A stretch of 64,000 nucleotides of DNA from Phaeosaccion multiseriatum (Eukaryota; Protista; Ochrophyta, other classes): NCBI GenBank assembly GCA_965112735.1, contig OZ218954.1, positions 3,782,001 to 3,846,000 on the forward strand, given 5' to 3'. Position 1 is the first letter of the stretch. Each line of letters begins with the position of its first letter. A model generated the notes under the pieces. The model had not been told where the DNA came from, made no database searches, and saw only the letters and a list, made by a program, of their open reading frames with translations. Positions 23,465-35,001 of this stretch are shown here, one piece after another. The translations under genes were made by a program, and so were the position numbers.

Positions 23465-26400
23465 ATGAGGACGGAAGTGCATGAGGGGGGGGGGGGGTTA
23501 GTTGTAGATGAACGGGAGGAGGAGCAGCACGACAAGCAACAGGAGCAGCTGACAACACAGCCGAGGAGGCCTGGCAGACGCCGCAGGAGGAGAGGGGCGG
23601 ATGGGAAGGCTAATGCAGTTCTGGCAGGCGCACCTCCTCACTGGGAGAGAGACCACACCTTTGGGCTCAGGTATGGTCTTTGTCTCAACACCGACACCTC
23701 TGCCGATGCAAGAGAGGGGCACTGCTATCCCTCCGGCCCCCGTCATAAGTACCCGAACCACCCCCAGGACCAGGACCACCACCAGCAGCAGCAACAGCAA
23801 CAGCAACAGCAGAGTTTCGTCTCTCATCTCCAGCGCGGCGGCCAGCAGCCGCAGCAGCAGCCCCGCGCTCCCATTTGGCTCACCCAACGAGGCCAATACG
23901 ACCCACCAGGCGATTGCGTGGACGACGTGCAAGGGGCCGCTGTGGGTGTACAGCGACAGCGATTGGCATCGACAGAGTGCGACTCGAGCAGCCTCTCAAT
24001 CTCTGTGAGCGACGGAAGCTTTTCCTCTCTGCCCTCCCTCCCAGACAGTGTCGCTCCCCGCAAGGCCGCCGCCAAGACGGCTCTCTCTTCAATGGTGGAC
24101 TCCTCCCCTGCTCTTGCCCGAGGAGTAGGATCCGGGTCGTTGGTGCGGGGCGAAGAGCTTCGTGAAATGGCGTCTATGAGTTGGAATATGCGGCGTCGCC
24201 AACCCATGGACCGCACCGCGAGAGAGAGGGCGGAGTCGAGCCTCAGGGAGGTGCGGCAGCTTCTTGCCACTGCCACTGCCACGGGTGTGGCCAGGGGGAG
24301 GGGGGGGGACAAGGGAAAGCGGCGCAAGAGACAGGTGAGGGAGGGAGGGAGGGAGGGAGGGAGGGAGGGAGGGAGGGAGGGAGGGAGGGAGGGAGAGGAA
24401 GGGAGGGAGGGAGGGAGGGAGAGGAAGGGAGGGAAGGAGTGAGGGGGAGGAAGGGAGGGAAGGAGTGAGGAAGGGAGGGGAAGGAGGGAGGCAGGGACGA
24501 AGGGAGGGATGGGAAGGAGGGAGGCAGGGAGATTTAGGTGGGCAGGAAGAGGGGGAGGGAGGAAGGCGCTGGAATGATCCGCCTCGAGCGAGACGAAGGC
24601 ACTTCCCATCCCCCATCGGCTGCCATCCCTGCACAGCGGGAGGGCCGACTTGTGGTCGCTACTGCACAAGACATATGTCAGTCGCATCGCCCGCGCCCCT
24701 CCCCATTGGTGTCACTTGCGGTCTTTTTGATGTTGAGCCTTGACTTTTCATGTCCACGCCCATGTCGACACTCGACGCGTACATCGCAGTCTGAATATCC
24801 ATGTCGACGTGCTCGACTTTATTTTTTCTTTCTTGCCTCACTCACTCACAGCGGCCTGCTGGGGGCCCTGGGGAAGGAGCGGGGGACTCCGACACTGGCA
24901 TGGGCTTGCACGAGCTCGAGCTACTGCAGAGGGAGGACTGGATGAGGAGGAGGAACGCGGGCAGGCAGCTTCCAGGTGAGAGGGCACGCAGGACCGAACC
25001 ATCTAGGGTGTGAGGTGTGAGGTGTGAGGTGTCAAGTGTGAGCTGGGGGATATAGGGTGTGAGGTGTGAGGTGCGAGGTGTCAAGTGTGAGCTGGGGGAT
25101 ATAGGGGAGGGCGGGCAGGAAAGAGCAGCACAGAAAGCACGGAGAGCACTCCCTTCACTCGGAAGCCTCCCTCCCGAGTACGCCGACTCGGAAACAGGAG
25201 CAAGGGGGGCGCTCCAAGCATGGCACCATCGCACCATCACCGCAACACACTGACCCCGTCCCTTCAAACCCCCTCTCTCTCTTCTTTTCTATCTTCATCT
25301 CTCCCTCTCCCTGTGTCCCTCCCCTCTCTCCCTCTCCCTCTTCCCCCTTCTTTCTCTCTTCCTCGTCCCTCCCCCCTTTCTTTCTCCTTTCTCTCCTTTC
25401 TCTCCTCTCTCCTCTCTCCTCTCTCCTCTCTCCTCTCTCCTCTCTCCTCTCTCCCTCTCTCTCTGCCCCGCACTCTCTCCTCTCTCCTCTATCCTTTCTC
25501 TCCTCTCTCCTCTCTCCTCTCTCCTCTCTCCTCTCTCCTCTCTCCCTCTCTCCTCTCTCCTCTCTCCTCTCTCCTCTCCTCTCCCCTCTCTCCTCTCTCC
25601 TCTCTCCCTCTCTCTCTGCCCCGCACTCTCTCCTCTCTCCTCTATCCTTTCTCTCCTCTCTCCTCTCTCCTCTATCCTTTCTCTCCTCTCTCCTCTCTCC
25701 CTCTCTCCTCTCTCCTCTCTCCTCTCTCCTCTCTCCTCTCCCCTCTCTCCTCTCTCCTCTCTCCCTCTCTCTCTGCCCCGCACTCTCTCCTCTCTCCTCT
25801 ATCCTTTCTCTCCTCTCTCCTCTCTCCTCTCTCCTCTCTCCTCTCTCCTCTCTCCCTCTCTCTCTGCCCCGCACTCTCTCCCCTCTAAGCGTCCTATCTG
25901 TCCCTGGCGGAGACGATGGAGCTCAGGACCTGGTTCAAGGCCCTTGATACGGATGGTGAGGAGAGTCATATATATTACACCCTTAAGTGCCATCTATGGT
26001 TGTCTAAAAGTAATGTCTCACGATGGTGAGGAGAGAGAGGAGACTTGCTTCCTTCCTTGCTTGCTTAAGCACTTGATCGATCGATCCTGCAGCAGGGAGG
26101 AGATATGACGAGCCACCGCCGGTCACATGGCCTCTCCCTCTCCCTCTCCTTCTCCCTCTCTCTCTTTCTCCCTCCCCCTCCCTCCCTCTATCCCTCTCCC
26201 TCTCCCTCTCTCTCTGTCTCCCCCCCCTAACCCCCTCTCCCTCTGTCCCTCTCCTTCTCTCTCCCTCTGTCCCTCTCTCTGCCTCCCTCTCACTCTCTCG
26301 CCCTGCCTGCCTTTCTCATGAACCAGAGCTCTTGCGCTCTCTGTCCTCAATGCCGCATACCCAATGCCCAATATCCTTTGCCCGACCTTAACTGCCATCC

Positions 26401-28852
26401 ACTGCCTTACATGCCTTACACTGCCATCCACTCCCCCAGGGAGCGGCGAAATCGGCGTGCGCGAGCTTGCCTCCCCCCTGCTCGCCACGGGAATCGCACA
26501 AAGCACCGACGAGGTTTCACGCCTTGTGAGGGTCGTGGACAAGGACCGATCGGGAGAGATAAGCTTCCTAGAGTTCCTATCGGTCAGTAAGCCGACGAAG
26601 ACGGGGGGGTGGGGGGAGGAGGGTGAGAGTGTAGAGTGGGAGGGCAAACTCTTTCATCCTTTCTTTCCACAGTCGTGTGCTGCCTTGCCATACTGTGAAG
26701 GGCTTTGCTTTGCTTTGCTTTGCTTTGCTTGGCATGACGTGCACGTACATGTGTCTCCCTCTCCCTTCGGCCCAAAGCGGCCCTCCCTCCCTCCCTCCCC
26801 ATCTATATATAATCTCCCTTCCCCCACCCACTGCCATCCACCGCCATCCACTGCCATCCACTGCCATCCACTCCCATCCCTTCCCCATGTCCTCAGATCT
26901 TCAAGACCACCTCCCACCCCGAGAGGTACCGCTCCACAGAGTCTCAGGACTGCGTGCGGCAGGCGATAGAGGCCCACCAGAAGGTACCACACGCACCCGT
27001 CCACGCACGCGCGCATCCACGCAAACACCCACCCACGCACACGCGCACCCATCCACCCACGTATCTATCCACGAACACATCCACCCACGCACGCATGCAC
27101 TCACGCACGCACGCACACGCGCACCCACCCACGCATCGACCTACATACGCACCCATCCACCCATGCATTCATGTAACGGCGCTGTCGATATGCCTCCTCT
27201 ACCCTGCCCATATACCTCCACTGCCCTGCCCTTACGCCTGCCCATATGCCTGCTTTCCCCTCACTGCCCATACGCTCTCAGATCAGCAGCCTCCGCAGCA
27301 TGCGCCTGGACCAGAGCACGATGGAGATGGCAGGGATAGTGTCGCTGCAGAGGAGGAAGCTCCTTGTGGGGGTGCTCATAGAGGAGGGGGAGAGGAGGGA
27401 GAAGGTGAGGAGGGAGGGGAGAAGGGGGGTGGGAGGGGGAGAGGGAGGGAGGGAGGGAGGGAGGGAGGGAGGGAGGGAGGGAGGGAGGGAGGGAGGGAGG
27501 GAGGGAGGGAGGGAGGGAGGGAGGGAGGGAGGAAGGGAGGGAGGGAGGAAGGGAGGGAGGAAGGGAGGGAGGAGGAAGGAAGGAAGGAAGGAAGGAAGGA
27601 GGGAGGGAGGGAGGGAGGGAAGGAAGGAGGGAGGGAGGGAGGGAAGGAAGGAAGGAAGGAAGGAAGGAAGGAAGGAAGGAAGGAAGGAAGGAAGGAAGGG
27701 AGGGAAGGAGGGAGTGTGTGGGTCTGTCTCTCTCTCGGTATATATGTGTGTGTGTTTGTGTGTGCGCGCTTGCCCTTCACCTTGCCTTGCCTTGTGTGTG
27801 TGTGTGTATGTGTGTGTGTGCATGTGTGTGCGTGTGTGTGTGCACGTGTCCCCCCTGCCCCCCTCCCCCTCCTCAGGCCAAGGAGAAGCTTGTGGAAAAG
27901 CTGCTGGAGACGCTTGACGACCCCGTATGCACGAGAGAGGTGAACGCGAAGCTGAGGAGGCTCGAGGACAAGCGCACAGGGCAGACGGCTTACATTAGGG
28001 CCATTGGGGACTTCATTGACTTCGAGCAGGTTAGAGGGGTACGGGTAGGGTTAGAGGCATACGGGTGTGGGTGATACAGGAGGGGAGGGGAGGAGAGGAG
28101 AGGGGAGAGGAGGTTTGACTTGCATCGCTCGCGTGTGTCTCCTTCTCGTTCTCTCCTCCTTATGTGGGCGGCGGCTGTGTCACCAACTGCTGCGACTGCT
28201 GTTGTATCACCAACTGCTACAGGAGCGCAAGGACATCCTGGTATCCTCCTCCAAGCGGCAGAAGGACGATGGCACTCAATGGCGGAGGGAGGAGGAACTC
28301 AAGAGGCAAGGGAGCACCAAGCACAGCCCCGAGGGGGTCCGCGGAGGGGGGGGCAAGGGGGGCAGGAGGCAGCGGCGTGTTGTGCTGCACCCCCTCGCAG
28401 GAGCGGCAGCAGGAGGTGTTGGTGATACAGCGGCATCAGTAGTGCCGCCAGGAGCAGCAGCAGCGGGGGAGGGGGGAAAGGCGAGGAGCAAGAAGGCCCT
28501 GCCAGCCATCGGTAGCAGCGGCAGCACCCCTGTACCATCCACTGCCATCCCCTTTCCGTCGCTGGAGGCGCTGGATAGGACCGCAGATCATCTCGTGACG
28601 GAGGCGGAGGAGGAGGAGGAGGAGGAGGAGGAGGTGGTGGTGGTGGTGGTGGAGGAGGAGGAGGAGGAGGAGGAGGAGGAGGAGGAGGAGGAGGAGGAGG
28701 AGGAGGAGGAGGAGGAGGAGGAGCAGGAGGAGGGGGGTTGGTACTCGTCCAAGCAGGCGGAGGGGACGAGGAGGAGAGGCATGGAGAAGGCGCCGCAGCT
28801 CAAGCTTCGGGAGGAGGCGCAGGAGACAGGAAAGAAGGTGCGGAGGGACTAG
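23465..28852 (+). CDS. Multi-exon EF-hand protein
   Basis: Exons 25890-25955 and 26440-26582 splice to ELRTWFKALDTDGSGEIGVREL..VDKDRSGEISFLEF (two EF-hand loops). Further exons near 23465-24334, 24852-24976, 27282-27404, 27877-28029 and 28223-28852. Confidence 0.75.
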
Positions 28853-30017
28853 CGAGGGGGTAGGGGGGATGGCAGTGGATGGGGGGAAGACCGAAAGGGG
28901 CGAGAGGGGGAGGAAAAGGGAGGGCCGCGCCCGGCAACATGGCAGCAACATGACAGCAGGACGACAGCAGGACAGCAGCGGAACCTAGGCCCAGGCCCAA
29001 GCAGTGACGAGTTCGCACCGTCAGCCGCACCGTCAACCGACGCTTGACACCTTGTATTCGGTAGGAGGCGGTGGGTACAAGTAAGTACATAGTTGCGAGG
29101 CCCTCCCAGACGACCTGACTCTAGCTTACCTTTATTTTACTCTCGGAGGGAGGGAGGGAGGGAGGGGGGGTCGGGGCAGCAGTTGGTAATACACATCCCC
29201 GCGGTGTCGTTTGCGTCGCGGTTTGCTCGTTGTGCCGTCGTGTAGGCACAAGCAACAATATGAAGGGATGGTAATAGACGGAGAATAATAAGCAGGGATG
29301 GCAATAGCAAGGCGAGCAGAGCAGATGAGGGAAACGGAAGGAGAGTGTACAGGCCTGGTGCCCGGACAAAGAGAAGCAGTGCCCTCCTCACTCGATCCCC
29401 CCCCATCGAGAGCCAAGGCCTTCACTCGAAGCCCCTCCCCAGTGCTTCTCGGACTCGTTAGTATTCTTCCCAAGCCTGAAGCCCAAGGCGTCAGTGCCTC
29501 GGCGAGCAATGCCTGCCACCCACTGCCATCGCGCCCATGCCTCACAACACGCCTCGAAAGGAGGAACACCCCTTAGGTGTGGACTCGCAGCAGTTGGTGA
29601 TACAGCAGCGCCCTTTCCCCGGGCATGGCAAACGCAATGTTCAGTCCTCAGCACACACACACACACGGAGGTAAATACAGGAAGCTCTCGCTTTACATTC
29701 GCTTTACATGCAAGACTTATTGTCCTTCACTGCCTTACTCTCCTGATACTTGCATTGCATCTGTAGTAAGTCGTCGTACTGGTACTGGTACTCGATCTGT
29801 ACTGTACTGAATCGTATGGTGCCATCCCCATTGCCGTCCTACGATCGTGCAACAAAGAAGAGCGACGATTGTGTGTGTGTGCGCGCGCGCGTGTGTGTGA
29901 GACCCCACCAGCCTGCCTCTGCCTACCCATTGCAGGCCTCGCCCATCCGGCTACTACCGACTGTCACCGCTCCTCAGCCCTCCTCCTTTGTGTCTGCTGC
30001 CATCTTTGGTCGTTGGC

Positions 30018-30923
30018 TCAGTCGTCCTGCTCTGTGGGCTGCGAAAGGGCATAGATGAGGACGGCGACGCACGTGACGAGTGTGAAGCCGAGCACGATGG
30101 GAACGAAGATGATAAAGGGGCCCTCCAGAAAGTCCTGCACGAAGACAATGAGGCCGGAGCTCAAGAGCACCGGAGGGAGGAGCGTTGCCGTTGGCGCTGC
30201 TGCTGCTGCTGCTGCTGCTGCTGTTACTGCTGTTGTTGCTGCTGTTGCTGCTGTTGGGCTCATGACAATGTCTGCGTGGGAGGCGAGGGGGGAGGAGGTG
30301 AGGGACGAGAGAGAGATGGCTCCTGCGCTGGCAAGGGTGGCCGCTCTTCGGAGGTTGGCGACTCCTCCTCCTGACTTGCTCGTGGGGGTGGTGGTCGCAG
30401 CAGGGCCTACCGAATGGAGCACAGTAGAGCAGCGAGTTTTTTGGCGGGGGGGAAGGAGAAAGAGAGAAAGAGAGAGAGAGAGAGAGGGAGGGGGGGGGGG
30501 GGAGGGAGAGGGGGAGAGCGACAGGGGGAGAGAGAGGTAAGGATGAGAGGGCAGGTACAGCGAGGAACAGCGCGCAAGTGAGAGTGAAGAGCGTAGAGAA
30601 CACTTCCGAGGGTACTGCAAGTCCTGCCCTTCTCACCAAAGGCCCTTCTCGTCCCCTAAGCTTTGGCCTGCAGCGCCGGTACCACAAGGTCTTGGGCTCT
30701 TACCCATCCCCAGCCCCCTCGCCTCGCACCAACCCTCCGAGGGGAAGCAGACATGGCCAATCTGAGGCACTTCATCCCCATGAAAAACAATCTCACCTCT
30801 GTTCAGGGACATGCAGACTCTGTCGCGGCTGCATGACAACGAGGGCCCCACAAAGCCATTCGCCACTCCTAGCAGAGCCAGTACCAGGCAAAGCACCAAG
30901 GCTTGCATCACGGGCGACTTCAT
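30018..30923 (-). CDS. Small single-pass protein with tripartite (ER signal + transit + thylakoid) targeting
   Basis: Exons 30923-30797 and 30406-30018 join in frame: MQALVLCLVLALLGVANG-FVGP..LRRAATLASAGAISL..ASHA-D..FIIFVPIVLGFTLVTCVAVLIYALSQPTEQDD. Confidence 0.72.
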
Positions 30924-33900
30924 TCTCGCAGTGCTAGTCCGTTCTCCTGTTCTCTCGACTCCTCTTTATTCGGGCGAGAGGTGGTACAATTGCTTCTATT
31001 TTGTTTGCCCCCAATCCCCACCCCAACCTCGGTGTGTTCCATTGACTGCCATCTTTATAGTTCACCTTTTTGTGCTGCAAAAGAAAGAGATGTAGGTGAA
31101 AAGAAGAGATTCTTCGTACTAGGTGCCCCAGAATCCTTCTTCCTGCTCTCGCAAAGCAGTGAACTTCAAGTTTTCCTCTGACTGGTTCTGCCACTGTTGA
31201 AACGTGGGTATCTTGATCGTATCTTTCCTCGTGTCGTTGGTGCTGAGCGGCAGCGGCGCTCTCTTCCAGGTGCGTGCGATGCGTTGCAATGTATGAGGGT
31301 GGGTGTCTGGAACGTGGACGGGTGCCTTCCTCTGTCATGCTGTTGCTGGCCGATTCCTGAGCGACACTTTCTTACGGTTCTTTCTTACGGTCAACCAGGT
31401 TCCAGTGACCACGGCCGCTTCTGAACATACGAAGGAGGGAGAACAGTACACAGCTGTCTCGTGGTGGAGCTCCACTTGCTGTGATCCGTGCCTCAAGGGT
31501 GGCGCCGTTTGCACAGCTACTGAGTGGCATCCCTCCACACGCTGTATGCGACTGGCAGGACGAAGGATGACTTTGCCTCTCACAGGATGTGCAGTACCGG
31601 TTCGACTCAACGCCCTTCACGGGGCTTTGCTCCTCGACCCCGGGCGAGCATGGTGACGTCTGTGCATGCTCAAGAGTAAAAAAGAGTCAAAGCGTCAATA
31701 GCCATGATTCCTGCTGGCGGGGCATACCTTGTTACCAGGGGACTTGTGGCTGTATCGAGGATTGAAACACGTGCGGAGCTACTTACTCTTGGAGTAGCGG
31801 CGACGCGGGCGCCTCAGGGTGTGCGTGACCCGTGAGAAGGGTTCGGCTTGTGGCCTGTGTTCCACTGAGTCTGAGCGAGGCCCTTCTCGTTTCTGGACGG
31901 AAGCGAGTCCCGAGTGTGTGCACACACGTCGAACAGAAGTGAGGACAGGGGGCTCTGGAGGGGGTCTAGAGATAGAGATGGGTCCTGTGCGATGGGGCTC
32001 TTCTGTATCAATGGCACATGCAGTCATGCAGGCCTGGCATTCCCGACGGAGATGTCTGTCTCAGCACTTGTCAGTTCCGTCCGAGTGGCGTGGCTGCTGC
32101 ATTGATGCTCCGGGCATTTCTACCCCCCCTGTCCTGGTCGGGCGCGTACCGGAGAAGGTGTATCGGTATGCAGGGATGTGCGTCAGCAGCTGCCGACAGG
32201 CCCCTACGGTAGGGAAGCCATCGAGTTCTGGAAAGGAACTTCCACTGGATAGGGATTTCCAGTGGGCTTTGTATTGACCCCAAGCGACTTGTGGAACGAG
32301 AGGGAGTGTTCTCCTGGCGTGTGAGTCTCTTCCAGGGGCTTGGAAGGGGCCGTCTGCGAAGGCGAACGGACGCCGTTTGAGGTGTTCCTCATGCGATGAC
32401 GGCACGGCCTTGTCTTATTGGTGCAGTATGTACAACGGGTGAAGACACCGAGGGAGGCTACTGCGAAGGGCGCACTTGGAGGGACAGCAACGGCTGTGTG
32501 AGTGGGAAGGGGGGGGGTCGGCTACTGGAACGGAGAAGAAGAAAGCTCTGTTCTTCCGCCCGTGGCACTTTCGGTTTCAAGTGCAAAGGCAATCTCAACT
32601 TACTCTCTTGCCAGGAAGGCCTTATATGTGTCGATGATGCATCGAGACATGTGGCGAGGGTCTTGCGAAAGGGACTGAACGTTCTGCTAACGTTCTGCTA
32701 ACCATTGGTGGGGCTCCTCCCTTTGCTGCGGTGCAAGTGGAGGTGAACGGTTTGACAAGCGGCTTTTGTCCTATCGCAAGCCAAGCGGCTTTGGCTTTGT
32801 CTCCCGCAGGGCTTCTCACATCCGTGCGATAGGACTTTTTCGTCTGTCACGGGCCTTTGCTCTGCGAGCCGCGCTTGGGCTGTCGGGCTGCTGACACGTG
32901 CGGATGTGCGGGGCATTCGTCTCGGGCGATGGCGGCTATGAGAGTAACGCCTGTGAGGGAGGGCTGCTGTGTGAGCCCTACATCCGTGAGGAAGAGGCCT
33001 GCTCCGCCTGTTACTTGTTCGACGCTTACAGCCGCTGCTGCCTCCATCCCTCTTCCTCTCTTCCTCGGATGCCCTCAAGCCCGACGCTCTCGTCTGGAAA
33101 GGAACTGTAACTGTAAAGGAATTGTAACTGTAAAGGAACTGTAACTGTAAAGGAACTGAAGGGTTCTGTGTGCACACCGCCCGAGCGGAGTATGGCCCTA
33201 CCCTACCGCGCCCTACGGTGTGTGTGAGTGAGAGAGTGTGTGTGTGTGTGTAAGTGAGAGAGAGTGAGTGTGTGTGTGTGTGTGGGTGAGAGAGAGTGAG
33301 TGTGAGAGAGAGAGAGTGTGTGTGTATGTGTGTGTGTGTGTGTGTGTGAGTGTGTGTGAGCGTGTGTGAGTGTGTGTGTGTAATTGAGTATTGCCCGGGC
33401 CCTACGGTGTGTGTGTGTGTGAGTCCTCTCGGGGCCGTCGAGAGGCGATGTTTGCGAGAAGGTCTAAGGGGGAAGCTCTTGCCCCTCTGGTGCCAGGCTC
33501 GAGCTGGACTGTCTGGATGACGTGTGCGTGTCCTCCCCTCCTCTGTGCTCAAACCTGCGGCTCTTGATACATCGCCGTACAACAAGCCTTCGCTGAATCA
33601 CCCCACCCCCTCCTCTATTAAGGCACACGTCGTTTCCCTTGAAGCAACTTGTTATTTTGGCACATTATTGTCGTTTCAGAAATTCACGTAGTATGGTAGA
33701 CTTCGAGGCTGAAGGAGGCTCAAGACGAGAATGGAGAATGAATCAAGAGGGCACAGCACAGATGACTCGAGGGCCCTGTTGCTGCCCCCGACGCTCTCAG
33801 TGCAGCATTAAGAATAGATATCCAAGACAAGCTCGCTTGCGGTCAGCCGCGTACAGTACTGCTCCGCCTCTCTTGCCCGCCAGCTCCCCAGCTTGTTGCT

Positions 33901-34289
33901 CAGCTTGCTCAGCTTGCTCTTGCCCGCCAGCTCAGCTCCCCAGCTTGTTGCTCAGCTTGCTCTTGCCCGCCAGCTCCCCAGCTTGTTGCTCAGCTTGCTC
34001 AGCTTGCTCTTGCCCGCCAGCTTCCCAGCTTGCTCAGCTTGCTTGCTCACCGTGCCGCTACATGCCGGCCTTGGCAACACTCAGCCAACCCTCCCGTCCT
34101 CTCCTTTCGGTGTCTCAAGACGTTCTCGTCGAAGCGGCCCCCCTGGGTGAGACGAAACCCCTCCACCACCAAGCTTGAATATGAAGATTCCTCCCGACGG
34201 TGCGACCCCTACGCTCTCTCTACTGGAGCTCTTAACAGGAGCGTGTATGCATCCCCGCCTCCCTCCTTCTCTCTCTCTCCCTCCCTCCC

Positions 34290-34327
<38 letters not shown>

Positions 34328-34477
34328 CCTCTCTCTCTCTGCGTGCGTATGTGGCGAGCCCCCCCCCTCCTTGGGTCCCCTCCCCTCCTAGGGTCCCCTC
34401 CCCTCCTTGGGTCCCCTCCCCTCCTTGGGCCGCTTCCTCGGCTCGGCGGGCCGAAGAGCCCTCGCACACAGCGCTGC

Positions 34478-34637
34478 AGTACATCTCAATGCAGTGCATC
34501 TCAATGCCGTGCATCTCAATGAAGTGCATCTCAATGAAGCGCATCTCAATGAAGTGCATCTCAATGAAGTGCATCTCAATGCCGTGCATCTCAATGCCGT
34601 GCATCTCAATGCCGTGCATATCAATTAAGTGCATCTC
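34478..34637. repeat. 15-bp minisatellite (GTGCATCTCAATGAA/GCC) about x10
   Basis: Directly visible. Confidence 0.9.
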
Positions 34638-35001
34638 CAATCTCAGAGGGCCTTCTTTCTGCCCGCTGCGTGTGCGTGCGTGCATGTGTGTGTGTTGCGT
34701 GTGCTCGGCACCCCTCCCTCTGGCTCTAACCCTCTCCACAGGCTAGGCCTTCTCGTCGTTCCATTAAGCGCAGCAGCAAGAGCACCTCGGGGGGACTTCT
34801 CTTTCTCTCGTCTCTCTCTGACACTCGCCACATCGCATCCAGGCTTCGCTCTGTGAAGCCTGACACCAGGCAGGCCCCAAGGGAACACTCTCTCTCTACC
34901 TCTGCTCGCTCGTGGGGCCGGCGAGCCGCGGAGGAGGACACTCTCTCAGATGACAAGAATCTGATCAGGGTCAGCTCCGATGAGACGATACCCAATCAGG
35001 C

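Noticed and set aside
32242-32265. CCACTGGA..TCCAGTGG hairpin
   Set aside because: An 8-bp stem is expected by chance and has no supporting context.
33600-34980. Possible exons among tandem repeats
   Set aside because: No recognisable domain or coherent splice pattern.
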